Shown piece by piece: positions 26,315-36,125 of a stretch of 64,000 nucleotides of DNA (position 1 is the first letter of the stretch; each line of letters starts with the position of its first letter). The notes below the pieces were generated by a model that ran no database searches, was not told the origin of the DNA, and was given only the letters and a program-made list of their open reading frames with translations. Source of the stretch: Solirubrobacteraceae bacterium (GTDB taxonomy: Bacteria > Actinomycetota > Thermoleophilia > Solirubrobacterales > Solirubrobacteraceae); NCBI GenBank assembly GCA_036510915.1, contig DATCDC010000027.1:457-64456 (forward strand), in the 5' to 3' direction. A program made the position numbers and the translations under genes.

Positions 26315-26908
26315 CTACGACTCGTCGGGAGCCTGACGAGCCCTGAGCAGTGGATGGCTGAGCGTCACCGCCTCAGCGACCTCGACGACGCTGGTGCTGG
26401 TGCTCCTGGCGCGACTGCGGAGCTCTTCGAATGCCTCGTCGGCGGTGATGCCGTGACGTTCCATGAGGATGCCCTTCGCCTGCTCGATCAGGGCACGGCG
26501 TCCGAAGGCGCCTTCTAGGCGGCTGAACTCGGCGTAGCGCTGCAGGACGATGTCGATCGCGTTGGCCATGTCGGGCGGCCTGCCGTGCTTGACGTAGGCG
26601 AAGATGCCGCGTCGCGCGGCGTTGTCGACGAAGACGCTGTCCTCGGTCTCGAGATCCGCGATCACCGGGCAGGCGGCCTGCCTGACGATCTCCGAGATCA
26701 GGGCCAGCGCGTGCTCGCTCTCGTCGCCCAGGCCGACGATCGCCACGTCGGGATGATTTCGCCGGGTCTCCTCGGCGATCCGCGACACGTCCAGCACCCG
26801 CGCGACGACCGTGTGGCCCAGACCGTCGACGACCTCCGCGATCTCGTCGAGACGAGACCCGAGCTCATCGGCGATCAGGATGCGCAGGTGGGCCGTGTCC
26901 TCGACCAT
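26315..26908 (-). CDS. ANTAR-domain response regulator (PdtaR/AmiR-like)
   Basis: Receiver-like N-terminus plus the ANTAR helix region RRALIEQAKGILMERHGITADEAFEELRSRAR. Confidence 0.85.
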   Translation of the reverse strand: MVEDTAHLRILIADELGSRLDEIAEVVDGLGHTVVARVLDVSRIAEETRRNHPDVAIVGLGDESEHALALISEIVRQAACPVIADLETEDSVFVDNAARRGIFAYVKHGRPPDMANAIDIVLQRYAEFSRLEGAFGRRALIEQAKGILMERHGITADEAFEELRSRARSTSTSVVEVAEAVTLSHPLLRARQAPDES

Positions 26909-27080
26909 CGCCGAGCAGCATGGCGCACAGGCGCTCTTGGTGGTACTCTTATATATCGTTCGCCCAATCGTCGAATGGCGCGGCGAGCGCTTGCTCGGCC
27001 CGATCCCGGTGGCCGTTCCCCGTCAGCCGACCGCAGGTGCCTGCCCACCGGGCGCCCACGGGACCGAGGAGCCGAAGAGC

Positions 27081-27311
27081 GTGACCGACACGACGCGATG
27101 GACGAGTGAACCGGAGTGGATCGGACTGACCAGGCATGAGGCTGCGGTCAGGCGGTCGCTCGAGTGGGCCGACGAGGCGGCGGCGCTGCTGGACTTCTCC
27201 GGTGCGCTGCAGTGGCTCGCCGCGATCACCGCGAGCGGCGATCGGCTCCCGGACGAGTACCTCGTGAAGCAGAGCCTCTGGGCGCTCGCCGCGTGCGAGG
27301 CCACGCCATGA
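27081..27311 (+). CDS. small hypothetical protein (76 aa)
   Basis: GTG start preceded by GAGGAG 9 nt upstream. Helical-looking, Trp-rich sequence. ATGA overlap with the next ORF. Confidence 0.4.
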   Translation: MTDTTRWTSEPEWIGLTRHEAAVRRSLEWADEAAALLDFSGALQWLAAITASGDRLPDEYLVKQSLWALAACEATP

Positions 27312-27586
27312 GCCACGCAGAATCGGCGGGACCGGCACCGGAGCGCGTGCCCCCGAGAGCGCGGGCGGGAAGCCTGCGGCTGGCCGCCCACGACGCTCCG
27401 GCGACCCGGCTGCTCGGCCGCTGCAAGGGCTGTGGGCGGCTCGTCTTCGACCGCACGCCCCACCAGTGGGCGAACCGGGACACGCAGGAGCTCTGCCGGC
27501 CCCACGACATCGGCGCCGCCCTCTACTGCAGCCCCTGCTCCGACGACCTGCCGGCACCTGCCGGACAGCGCGCGCCGAAACGGTAG
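27308..27586 (+). CDS. small Cys-rich protein (92 aa)
   Basis: CKGC-x20-C-x11-CSPC arrangement, high GC3, coupled to the preceding ORF. Confidence 0.45.
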   Translation: MSHAESAGPAPERVPPRARAGSLRLAAHDAPATRLLGRCKGCGRLVFDRTPHQWANRDTQELCRPHDIGAALYCSPCSDDLPAPAGQRAPKR

Positions 27587-27653
27587 CTCCTACGGATGGG
27601 CGGCGCACGTCGTGCATCTACCGTCGGGCGACCACCGGTCCTCCGAGGAAGGA

Positions 27654-28103
27654 ATGCCGATGTTCCCCGAGCGCATCCGAGAGCACGCACCTGCCGGTCG
27701 CCGGGCGACGCGCGTCGCGTTGGCGCTGATCGCCCTCGTCGCACTGGGCGCGGCAGCCGGCTGCGGCAGCAGCAGCAAGCCGGCGTACTGCAAGGACCGC
27801 GCCAACCTCGAGAACGCCGTCAAGAGCATCCCGAGCGCCGCGTCGAGCAGCGGCGTCAGCGGACTGGAGTCGCAGCTGACGACGATTCAGAGTGACGCGA
27901 AGGCGGCCGTGGACTCCGCCAAGTCCGACTTCCCCAGCGAGACGAGCGCGCTCAAGTCCTCGGTCGACACGCTCAGCAGCGCTGCCAAGGCGCTCCCGTC
28001 GAGTCCATCGGCCACGCAGATCGCCGCAGTCGCGCTCGACGCCGCGAACGTCGTGAGCGCGGTCAAGACGTTCGCGTCCGCCACCAAGTCGAAGTGCGGC
28101 TAG
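27654..28103 (+). CDS. lipoprotein, Ser/Ala-rich helical
   Basis: GGAAGGA Shine-Dalgarno sequence, signal peptide plus lipobox LGAAAGC. ATG at 27654 within track ORF 27432..28103. Confidence 0.65.
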   Translation: MPMFPERIREHAPAGRRATRVALALIALVALGAAAGCGSSSKPAYCKDRANLENAVKSIPSAASSSGVSGLESQLTTIQSDAKAAVDSAKSDFPSETSALKSSVDTLSSAAKALPSSPSATQIAAVALDAANVVSAVKTFASATKSKCG

Positions 28104-28127
28104 GACACCAGCGCAGGATTCCCGCCG

Positions 28128-29876
28128 CTACGGCTGCATCTCGTACGCGCCGGCGAGCGCGGTGACCTGGCCCCAGACGCGGGCGAAGCGCTCGGCGTCC
28201 GTCGCCGGCTTGCGCACGTGGTCGAGCGCCCACGCCTGCTGCTGGAGCGTCGAGGACGTCTTGCCGTGCAGCGCGACGGCGTAGGCCGAGAAGTCGCGTA
28301 CGAGCACGTCGAAGATCTGGTCGACGACGTCGAGGTCGGCGCCGGTCAGCTCCGCCTGCTCGAGGATCAGCTGCCCGTAGACGACGAGCGTGAAGAGCTC
28401 GCCGAGCGTCAGCATGAAGTCGAGGTCGCGCTGCTGGTCCTCGCCGGGCGGCGCGGTCTGCAGCAGCACCGTCAGGCCGCGCGCCTGCTCGAGGAGGCGC
28501 GCGACGTTCGGCACGGCCGCGGAGCGCTCGTAGGCCGCCTGCCAGTCGTGGAAGCGGATCTTCGAGAGGCCCTTGGCCGGACCCTGGTGGAAGAGGAAGG
28601 CGTCGTCGGCGGCCTCGCGGCGCGACGGGACGGGCGCGTGCTCCTCGGGCGCGAACAGGTAGCTCGCCATGAACTTCAGGACGAGCGCCATGTTCACGTG
28701 CACCGTCCCCTCGAGCTTCGGCAGCGCGCGGATGTCCGTCGCAGCCATCTCGAAGTACGTGTCCTGCTCGAACCCGCGCGCGGCCACGACGTCCCACAGG
28801 AGGTCGATGACACGCTCGCCCTCCGTCGTGACCTTCATCTTCGTGATCGGGTTGTAGAGCAGGTAGCGCCGGTCCTCGGCGGTCGCCGAGCGGAAGTAGT
28901 CGATCGCCCGGTCGCCGAAGAGCTTCATCGCCAGCAGCCGCGCGTAGGCGTCGGTGAACATCTGGGCGACGTGTGGGAAGTCGGTCACGCGCCGGCCGTA
29001 GAGGACCCGGTTGTGGGCGTGGGTGATCGCCTCGTAGAACGCGTGCTCGCAGATCCCGATCGACGCGAAGCCGAGGTTGAACTTGCCGACGTTGACGGTG
29101 TTGAGCGCCGCGTCGAATGCCGCCGGGCCGGTGTGCAGGACGTCGTCGGGCCCGACCGGGTAGTCGTGCAGACGGAACTCGCTGACGTACATCTGCGAGT
29201 CGACGACGTTCTTGACGAGCTCGTAGGCCGGGCTCTGGCTGTCGGCGGCGAAGAAGACGTAGCCCTCGGGGCCCTCGACATCGCCGCGGCGCCCGAAGAC
29301 GGACACCATCCCCGCCAGGTTGCCGTTGCCGATGTAGTACTTGCCGCCGTTGGCACGGAAGCCGCCCTCGCCGTCGGGCGTGAGCACCATGTCCGTCGAG
29401 TAGATGTCGGCGCCGTGCTCCTTCTCGGAGAGGCCGAACGCGAAGATCGCGCCCTCCTCGAGCAGGGCCGCCGCGCGGGCGCGGGCGGCGGCGTTGGCGC
29501 TCTGCCAGATCGGGCCGAGCCCGAGGATCGAGACCTGCCACGTGTACCAGTAGGCCAGGCCGTAGAAGGCCGTGATCTCGTTGAACGCGCAGATCCGCGC
29601 CGTGTCCCAGCGCTTGTCGGGGTCGCCCCCGGCCTCAGCGGCCGGGGTCAGCAGCGTCGCGAAGACGCGTTCGCGCGCGATGAACTCGAGGAAGTCCGCG
29701 TACCAGGTGCGTTCGTGGTGATGGGCCTTCAGCGCGACCTTGCCGCGCGTCTCGAACCACTCGATCGTCGCGAGCAGGACGCGCCGCGTCTGCGGATCGA
29801 ACTCGGCGGCGTCGAACGTGCGCGGGTTGAACAGCGACGTGGAGGCTGCGCTGGTCGCGGGCTCGGCGGCGGACAT
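28128..29876 (-). CDS. acyl-CoA dehydrogenase family protein (long form)
   Basis: 582 aa with FGLSEKEHGADI, GKYYIGNGN and ACAD middle and C-terminal domains. Confidence 0.88.
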   Translation of the reverse strand: MSAAEPATSAASTSLFNPRTFDAAEFDPQTRRVLLATIEWFETRGKVALKAHHHERTWYADFLEFIARERVFATLLTPAAEAGGDPDKRWDTARICAFNEITAFYGLAYWYTWQVSILGLGPIWQSANAAARARAAALLEEGAIFAFGLSEKEHGADIYSTDMVLTPDGEGGFRANGGKYYIGNGNLAGMVSVFGRRGDVEGPEGYVFFAADSQSPAYELVKNVVDSQMYVSEFRLHDYPVGPDDVLHTGPAAFDAALNTVNVGKFNLGFASIGICEHAFYEAITHAHNRVLYGRRVTDFPHVAQMFTDAYARLLAMKLFGDRAIDYFRSATAEDRRYLLYNPITKMKVTTEGERVIDLLWDVVAARGFEQDTYFEMAATDIRALPKLEGTVHVNMALVLKFMASYLFAPEEHAPVPSRREAADDAFLFHQGPAKGLSKIRFHDWQAAYERSAAVPNVARLLEQARGLTVLLQTAPPGEDQQRDLDFMLTLGELFTLVVYGQLILEQAELTGADLDVVDQIFDVLVRDFSAYAVALHGKTSSTLQQQAWALDHVRKPATDAERFARVWGQVTALAGAYEMQP

Positions 29877-29886
29877 GCGGCGCAGC

Positions 29887-31068
29887 CTACGGGAGCGCGC
29901 CCGCGCGCAGGGAGGAGGCGGTCTGCGTCAGCGTCCCGTCCGCGATCGCGTCGCGCAGGCGGCGCATCAGGCGCTCGACGAAGGCGAGGTTGTGCAGCGT
30001 CAACAGCCGCTGCGCCGTGATCTCGCGCGCCTTGGCCATGTAGCGCAGGTAGCCGCGGCTGTAGCCGATCGCGCACGCCGGGCACGGGCAGCCCTCGAGG
30101 ATCGGCTCGTCGCTCGTCTTCCAGCGGGCAGCGGTCAGGTCGACGCGCCAGCGCTGCTCGGGCGACGGGATCAGCGCCATCCCGTGCCGCCCCAGGCGCG
30201 TCGGCATCGCGCAGTCGAACGTGTCGATGCCGAGCTCGACGCCGGCGATCAGGTCGTCGATGTCGCCGATGCCGAGCAGATGGCGGGGACGGGCGTCCGG
30301 CAGGACGGCGGTCGTCCACCCCACGACCTCGTACATCTGCGGCTTGTCGGCGCCCAGCGAGCCGCCGATCGCGATGCCGTCGCAGCCGCTCGCGGCGATC
30401 GCCTGGGCGCTCCCGACCCGCAGGTCCTCGTGGACGCCGCCCTGCACGATGCCGTAGACCAGCTGGCCCGCCGGGCCGTGCGCGGCGTGCCAGCCCAGGC
30501 AGCGGGCGAGCCAGCGGTGCGTGCGCTCGGTCGAGCGCGCCGTGTACTCGCGGTCGACGTGGAAGGGCGTGCACTCGTCGAAGACGAGCGCGAGGTCCGA
30601 GCCGAGGTTCGCCTGGATCTGCATCGACGTCTCGGGCGCCATGAACTTCTCGCTGCCGTCGAGGTAGGAGCGGTAGCGCACCCCGTCCTCCTCGATCGCG
30701 AGGATCCGGCCCTGGCGCTCGGCGCCGTGGGAGGCGCGGCCCTTGATCTCGTCGGCGACGGTCCCGTGGCCCATGGAGAAGACCTGGAAGCCGCCGGAGT
30801 CCGTGACGATCGGCCGGTCCCAGGCCATGAAGCGGTGCAGGCCGCCGAGCCCCGCGATCAGCTCGTCGCCCGGGTCGAGGTGCAGGTGGAACGTGTTGCC
30901 GAGCACCATGTCGAACCCCAGGCCCGCCACCTCCGCGGGCAGCAGGCCCTTGACCGTCGCCTTCGTCGCCAGCGGCACGAACGCGGGCGTCCGCACGGTG
31001 CCATGCGCGGTCGTCAGGACGCCTGCGCGCGCGCGGGACCCCGGGTCGCGCGCGTCGATCTGGAACAC
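29887..31068 (-). CDS. tgt: queuine tRNA-ribosyltransferase
   Basis: RTPAFVPLATKATVKG, DSGGFQV and LGIGD motifs and the zinc site CPCPAC...H. GTG 31068 chosen within track ORF 29887..31704. Confidence 0.9.
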   Translation of the reverse strand: MFQIDARDPGSRARAGVLTTAHGTVRTPAFVPLATKATVKGLLPAEVAGLGFDMVLGNTFHLHLDPGDELIAGLGGLHRFMAWDRPIVTDSGGFQVFSMGHGTVADEIKGRASHGAERQGRILAIEEDGVRYRSYLDGSEKFMAPETSMQIQANLGSDLALVFDECTPFHVDREYTARSTERTHRWLARCLGWHAAHGPAGQLVYGIVQGGVHEDLRVGSAQAIAASGCDGIAIGGSLGADKPQMYEVVGWTTAVLPDARPRHLLGIGDIDDLIAGVELGIDTFDCAMPTRLGRHGMALIPSPEQRWRVDLTAARWKTSDEPILEGCPCPACAIGYSRGYLRYMAKAREITAQRLLTLHNLAFVERLMRRLRDAIADGTLTQTASSLRAGALP

Positions 31069-31073
31069 CAGAT

Positions 31074-31760
31074 CTAGTTTCGGTTGCCGCCGAGGAACAC
31101 GGTCGCGAAGTAGAGCAGCTGGGCCAGCGAGGCGAGCGCCCCGGCGACGTAGGTCAGCGCGGCGCTCGTGAGCACCTTGCGCACGCCGACGCTCTCGTCG
31201 GGGTTGGCGATGCCGAGCGTCTTGAGCTGCACGGCCGCGCGGCGCGAGGCGTCGAATTCGACGGGCAACGTCACGAACTGGAAGAGCACGACGGCCGCGA
31301 ACAGGATCACGGCGACGAGGATGAGGTTCAGCGACTGCAGGATGAACCCGACGAGCAGCAGGATCGACCACGTGCTCGACGCGAATGCGGTCACGGGCCA
31401 CAGCGCCGAGCGCACGGTCATCGGCGCGTAGGCCTTCGCGTGCTGGATCGCGTGGCCACACTCGTGCGCGGCGACGGCCGTCGAGCTGATCGTCGCCGCG
31501 CCGTAGACCGGCTCGGAGAGGTTCACCGCGCGGGTGCGCGGGTCGTAGTGGTCGGTCAGCGCGCCCGGGACGGCATTGACGGGGACGCCCTGCAGCCCGT
31601 TGGCGTCGAGCACGCGGCGCGCGACCTCGGCGCCCGTCAGGCCGGTGTCCTCCGGCACCTGCGAGTACTGCTGGAAGGTGGCCTTGACCTTGTGCTGGGC
31701 CCACAGGCCGAGCAGCAGCGGGACGGCGAAGCAGATGACGTACAGGCCGATGTTGTTCAT
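31074..31760 (-). CDS. YugP-like membrane zinc metallopeptidase
   Basis: 228 aa with HECGHAIQH (HExxH) between TM segments. ATG at 31760 within track ORF 31074..32999. Confidence 0.85.
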   Translation of the reverse strand: MNNIGLYVICFAVPLLLGLWAQHKVKATFQQYSQVPEDTGLTGAEVARRVLDANGLQGVPVNAVPGALTDHYDPRTRAVNLSEPVYGAATISSTAVAAHECGHAIQHAKAYAPMTVRSALWPVTAFASSTWSILLLVGFILQSLNLILVAVILFAAVVLFQFVTLPVEFDASRRAAVQLKTLGIANPDESVGVRKVLTSAALTYVAGALASLAQLLYFATVFLGGNRN

Positions 31761-31901
31761 CGAGCTCCAGGATACGAGGCCGACGGCGGCTCCCCAGGCG
31801 CTCCCCCCGCGCCAGGACCGTCCGTTTCGGGGAACGACGCAGCGCGCTGTATGGGCACGAGCGGACTCCGCACCGCGCCGGGGCCTAGCATCCATGCGGT
31901 G

Positions 31902-32984
31902 ATGCCCGCAACCGAGGACCTCGATCCCCAGGGCTCCGGCTCGCTGCTCGTCCGCGCGATGCGGGGGCAGCCCGTGGAGCAGCGTCCGGTGTGGTTCATG
32001 CGGCAGGCCGGCAGGTCGCTGCCGGAGTACCGTGCGCTGCGCCGCTCCGGCGGCCTGCTCGAGCTCTGCCGTGATCCCGAGCTCGCCGCCGAGGTCACGA
32101 TGCAGCCCGTCCGCCGGCACGGCGTCGACGCCGCGATCCTGTTCTCGGACATCGTCTTCCCGCTGCACGCGATCGGCGTCGGTGTCGAGATCCGCCCCGG
32201 CATCGGCCCGGTCCTCGACGAGCCGGTCCGCACGCGCGCCGACCTCGCGCGGCTGCGCCCGTTCGAGCCCGACGTCGACGCGCCCGAGCTCGGCGCGGCC
32301 GTGCGCCTCGTGCGCGAGGGGCTGTCCGTGCCGGTCATCGGCTTCGCCGGCGCGCCGTTCACGGTCGCCAGCTACCTCGTCGAGGGTGGCCCGTCGAAGG
32401 TCCAGGCCCGTACCAGGGCATTGATGCTCTCCGACCCGGAGCTCTGGCACGACATCTGCGAGCGGCTCGCCGACCATGCGGTCACCTCGCTCGAGGCGCA
32501 GGTCCGCGGCGGCGCCGCCGCCGTGCAGCTCTTCGACAGCTGGGCCGGCTCCCTGTCCGCCGAGCGCTACGAGGCGCAGGTGCTGCCGATCATGCGCACG
32601 ATCGTCGCCCGCCTGAAGCCGCTCGGCGTCCCGGTCGTCTCCTTCGCCCTGGGCGGCGGGCACCTGCTCGAGCTGCTCGCCGCAGCTGGCCCCGACGTCG
32701 TCGGCGTCGACTGGCGCACGCCGCTCACGCAGGCCCGCGCGCGTCTCGGCGAGGACGTCGCGCTGCAGGGCAACCTCGACCCGGCCACCTGCCTGGCCGA
32801 GTGGCCGATCGCACGCGCGGCGGCCGACGCGGTGCTGGCCGATGCGCCCGAGCGCGGGCACGTCTTCAATCTCGGGCACGGCGTCTTCCCGGAGACCGAC
32901 CCCGGCATCCTCACCGCCGTCGTCGAGCACGTCCACGAGCGCACCGCGACCACAACGATCCCGGCAGGAGCCCATGTCAGCTGA
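31902..32984 (+). CDS. hemE: uroporphyrinogen decarboxylase
   Basis: RPVWFMRQAGRSLPEYR signature and FNLGHGV near the C-terminus. Confidence 0.92.
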   Translation: MPATEDLDPQGSGSLLVRAMRGQPVEQRPVWFMRQAGRSLPEYRALRRSGGLLELCRDPELAAEVTMQPVRRHGVDAAILFSDIVFPLHAIGVGVEIRPGIGPVLDEPVRTRADLARLRPFEPDVDAPELGAAVRLVREGLSVPVIGFAGAPFTVASYLVEGGPSKVQARTRALMLSDPELWHDICERLADHAVTSLEAQVRGGAAAVQLFDSWAGSLSAERYEAQVLPIMRTIVARLKPLGVPVVSFALGGGHLLELLAAAGPDVVGVDWRTPLTQARARLGEDVALQGNLDPATCLAEWPIARAAADAVLADAPERGHVFNLGHGVFPETDPGILTAVVEHVHERTATTTIPAGAHVS

Positions 32985-33921
32985 ACCCACCACCCCCATC
33001 GGCGTCCTCGTGATGGCCTACGGCACGCCCGACGGGCTCGACGACGTCGAGCGCTACTACACGAAGATCCGCCACGGGCGCCCGCCGACGCCCGAGCTGC
33101 TGACCGAGCTGCAGGACCGCTACGCGGCGATCGGCGGCGTCTCGCCGCTGCTGGAGATCACGCAGGCCCAGGTCGCCGGCATCGCCGCCGGCCTCGAGGC
33201 GGCCGAACCCGGCCGCTACGTCGTCACGCTCGGCCAGAAGTACACCGCGCCGCTCATCGAGGACGGCGTCGAGACGCTGATCGGCCTGGGCGTCGAGCGG
33301 ATCATCGGCATCGTCCTCGCGCCGCACTTCTCGACGATGAGCATCGCCCAGTACGCCGACCGCGCGATCACCACCGCGGCCGGCCGCGTGCCGGTCAGCG
33401 TCGTGCGCTCCTGGCACCTGGAGCCCGGCTACCTCGACCTGCTGACCGGCTACGTGCGCGACGCGATCGCGCGCGCCGGCGGACAGGAGGGCTGCGAGGT
33501 CCTCTTCACCGCGCACAGCCTGCCCCAGCGCATCCTCGAGAACGGCGACCCGTACCCCGACCAGCTCGCCGAGACGGCCGCCGCGCTCGCCGAGCGCGCC
33601 CACGTCGAGCACTGGTCGGTCGCCTGGCAGAGCGCCGGGCGCACCGCCGACCCGTGGATCGGCCCCGACGTGCTCGACGTGCTGCGCGACCGCTCGGCCG
33701 CCGGCGCTCGCGCCGTCGTCGTGTGCTCGTGCGGCTTCGTCGCCGACCACCTCGAGGTGCTCTACGACCTGGACATCGAGGCGCAGGCCCTCGCCGACGA
33801 GCTCGGCCTGACCTTCGCCCGCACCGCCTCGCCGAACGCCGACCCGGCGTTCACGCAGACGCTCGCAGGCATCGTGCTCGACCACGCCCGCGCTCCGGCC
33901 GCCGAAGGGGTCGCCGGGTGA
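32974..33921 (+). CDS. hemH: ferrochelatase (likely coproporphyrin ferrochelatase)
   Basis: GVLVMAYGTPD, FTAHSLP and ADHLEVLYDLD motifs. 11-nt overlap with hemE. Confidence 0.9.
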   Translation: MSAEPTTPIGVLVMAYGTPDGLDDVERYYTKIRHGRPPTPELLTELQDRYAAIGGVSPLLEITQAQVAGIAAGLEAAEPGRYVVTLGQKYTAPLIEDGVETLIGLGVERIIGIVLAPHFSTMSIAQYADRAITTAAGRVPVSVVRSWHLEPGYLDLLTGYVRDAIARAGGQEGCEVLFTAHSLPQRILENGDPYPDQLAETAAALAERAHVEHWSVAWQSAGRTADPWIGPDVLDVLRDRSAAGARAVVVCSCGFVADHLEVLYDLDIEAQALADELGLTFARTASPNADPAFTQTLAGIVLDHARAPAAEGVAG

Positions 33922-35345
33922 GCCGCCACGTCGTCATCGTCGGCGCCGGGATCGCCGGCCTCGCGGCGGCGCACGAGCTGCTGGGTGCGCCGGACCCGCC
34001 CCAGGTGACGATCCTCGAGGCCTCCGACCGCGCCGGCGGGCGCATCCGCTCGGTGCGGTTCGCCGGTGTCGCGCTCGACGTCGGCCCCGATGCGCTGCTC
34101 ACGCGGGCCCCCGGCGCGGTCGACCTCTGCCGTGAGCTCGGGCTCGGCGACGACCTCGTCCCGGCGTCCGACGCCGGCGCGTTCATCTGGACGCGCGGAG
34201 CGCTGCGCCCGCTGCCCGCCGGCCTGCTCGCCGGCCTGCCCGCCGGGCCGGGCGAGCTGCTGCGCTCGCGCATCCTCTCCGCCACGGGCCTCGTGCGTGC
34301 CGGCATGGACCTCGTGCTGCCGGCCAACGCGCCGCGCGGCGATGGCGACGAGGCGATCGGCGCGCTCGTACGCCGGCGTCTCGGCGGCCAGGTGCTCGAG
34401 CGCCTGATCGACCCGCTGCTGGGCGGGATCAACGCCGGCCACTGCGACGCGCTCAGCGTCGCCGCCGGCGCGCCGCACCTCGGCGCCGCCGCCCGCGCGA
34501 ACCGCAGCCTGATCCGCGGCCTGCGCGCGACCGTCCCTGCGCCGCCGCCGGGCGCGGCGCGCCCGCCGATGTTCCTCAGCGTGCGCGGCGGGCTCGAGCG
34601 CCTCGTGGCCGCGCTCACGACGGAGCTCGGCGACGCCGACCTGCGCCTGGACGCCCCGGTCGCGCGCATCGAGCGCGCCGAGCGCGGCGCCCTCGTCGTG
34701 CTCGCCTCCGGCGAGCGGATCGAGGCGGACGGCGTCGTCCTCGCGACGCCCGCCGGCCCCGCGGCCGGCGTGGTGCGCACGGCGGCGCCCGCCGCGGCAG
34801 CCGAGCTCGACGGCATCCGGACGGCCTCGGTCGCGCTGGTCGCGCTGGCCTACCCGCGTGAGCAGGCGTCCGTCCCCGCCGGCACGGGCTTCCTCGTCGC
34901 GCGCGACGAGCAGCTCGCGATCACCGCGTGCACGTGGGCGACCGCGAAGTGGCCGCACCTTGCCGAGGGCTCGACGCATGCGATCTTCAAGTGCTCCTTC
35001 GGGCGCGCCGGCGAGGACGACGTCGTCGACCTGCCGGATGCGGAGCTCGTCGCACGCGCACGCGCCGCGCTGGCGCAGACGATGGGTCTGCGGGAAGCCC
35101 CCGCCGAGACGCTCGTGGTACGCCACCACGACGCGTTCCCCCAGTACGCCGTCGGCCACCTCGAGCGCGTCGCGCGCATCGAGGATGCGCTCGACGCGGC
35201 ACTGCCGGCGCTCGCCGTCGCCGGCAGCCCCTACCGCGGCGTGGGCGTTCCCAGCTGCGTCACGAGCGGCCGCGCGGCCGCCCGGCGCCTGCTCGGCCTC
35301 TGGAGCGCCGCCCCCGCCCAACCGCAGTCGACCATCAGGAGCTGA
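33918..35345 (+). CDS. hemY: protoporphyrinogen/coproporphyrinogen III oxidase (HemY/CgoX)
   Basis: GTGA overlap with hemH. FAD motif VVIVGAGIAGLAAA and amine-oxidase fold. Confidence 0.85.
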   Translation: MSRHVVIVGAGIAGLAAAHELLGAPDPPQVTILEASDRAGGRIRSVRFAGVALDVGPDALLTRAPGAVDLCRELGLGDDLVPASDAGAFIWTRGALRPLPAGLLAGLPAGPGELLRSRILSATGLVRAGMDLVLPANAPRGDGDEAIGALVRRRLGGQVLERLIDPLLGGINAGHCDALSVAAGAPHLGAAARANRSLIRGLRATVPAPPPGAARPPMFLSVRGGLERLVAALTTELGDADLRLDAPVARIERAERGALVVLASGERIEADGVVLATPAGPAAGVVRTAAPAAAAELDGIRTASVALVALAYPREQASVPAGTGFLVARDEQLAITACTWATAKWPHLAEGSTHAIFKCSFGRAGEDDVVDLPDAELVARARAALAQTMGLREAPAETLVVRHHDAFPQYAVGHLERVARIEDALDAALPALAVAGSPYRGVGVPSCVTSGRAAARRLLGLWSAAPAQPQSTIRS

Positions 35346-35351
35346 ACACCG

Positions 35352-36026
35352 ATGAGCACCTCGAGCGAGGGCCACCACTACACCGTCTATGCCGCCTACC
35401 AGGCGCCGCTGACGGCCGGGACGCCGGCGGGCGACGCCGCCGAGGGAGCAGCTGCCGAGGCCGTCCTCACCGGCGTGGAGGACGTGACCCTGCGCGGCGC
35501 CTACCACCTGACCGCGTTCCGCGCCGAGGCCGACGTGATGATCTGGCTGACTGGCACGAGCGCGGACGCGATGCAGGACACGATCGCGGCCTTCCGGCGC
35601 ACGCCGTTCGGGCGCAGCCTCGTCCCGTACTGGAGCGCGATCGGCGTCCATCGCGAGGCGGAGTTCAACCGCGCGCACATCCCCGCCTTCCTGGCCGGCG
35701 AGGATCCCCACACGTACCTCTGCGTGTACCCGTACGTGCGCTCGCTCGAGTGGTACCTGCTCCCCGCCGAGGAGCGGCGCGAGATGCTCGCCGAACACGG
35801 CGTGATGGGCCGCGAGTACCCCGACGTGCGGGCCAACACCGTCAGCTCGTTCGCGCTGGGCGACTACGAGTGGCTGCTCGCCTTCGAGGCGGAGGATCTC
35901 GGCCGCATCGTCGACGTCATGCGCCACCTGCGCGGGGCCAAGGCACGGGCGCACACGCGCGAGGAGCTGCCGTTCCTCACGGGCATCCGCAAGCCGCTGG
36001 CGGACATCGCCGCGGCGATCGGCTGA
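35352..36026 (+). CDS. hemQ: chlorite dismutase family protein, coproheme decarboxylase (HemQ/ChdC)
   Basis: YLCVYPYVRSLEWYLLP and ANTVSSFALGDYEWLLAFE are typical of HemQ. Confidence 0.85.
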   Translation: MSTSSEGHHYTVYAAYQAPLTAGTPAGDAAEGAAAEAVLTGVEDVTLRGAYHLTAFRAEADVMIWLTGTSADAMQDTIAAFRRTPFGRSLVPYWSAIGVHREAEFNRAHIPAFLAGEDPHTYLCVYPYVRSLEWYLLPAEERREMLAEHGVMGREYPDVRANTVSSFALGDYEWLLAFEAEDLGRIVDVMRHLRGAKARAHTREELPFLTGIRKPLADIAAAIG

Positions 36027-36125
36027 CGCTCACGCGCTGCTCGACCGCTCCCAGAGGTCGAGCCCGGCCGGGACCGCATGGCGATCGAGCTGCGCGAGCT
36101 CGTGATCAGGGGATGATCAGCGCGC

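Noticed and set aside
26909-27080. Canonical ANTAR dual hexaloop hairpins in the leader of the small ORFs.
   Set aside because: Only a single tetraloop hairpin (CGAGC gctt GCTCG) was seen. The two-hairpin motif with A1/G4 hexaloops is not evident.
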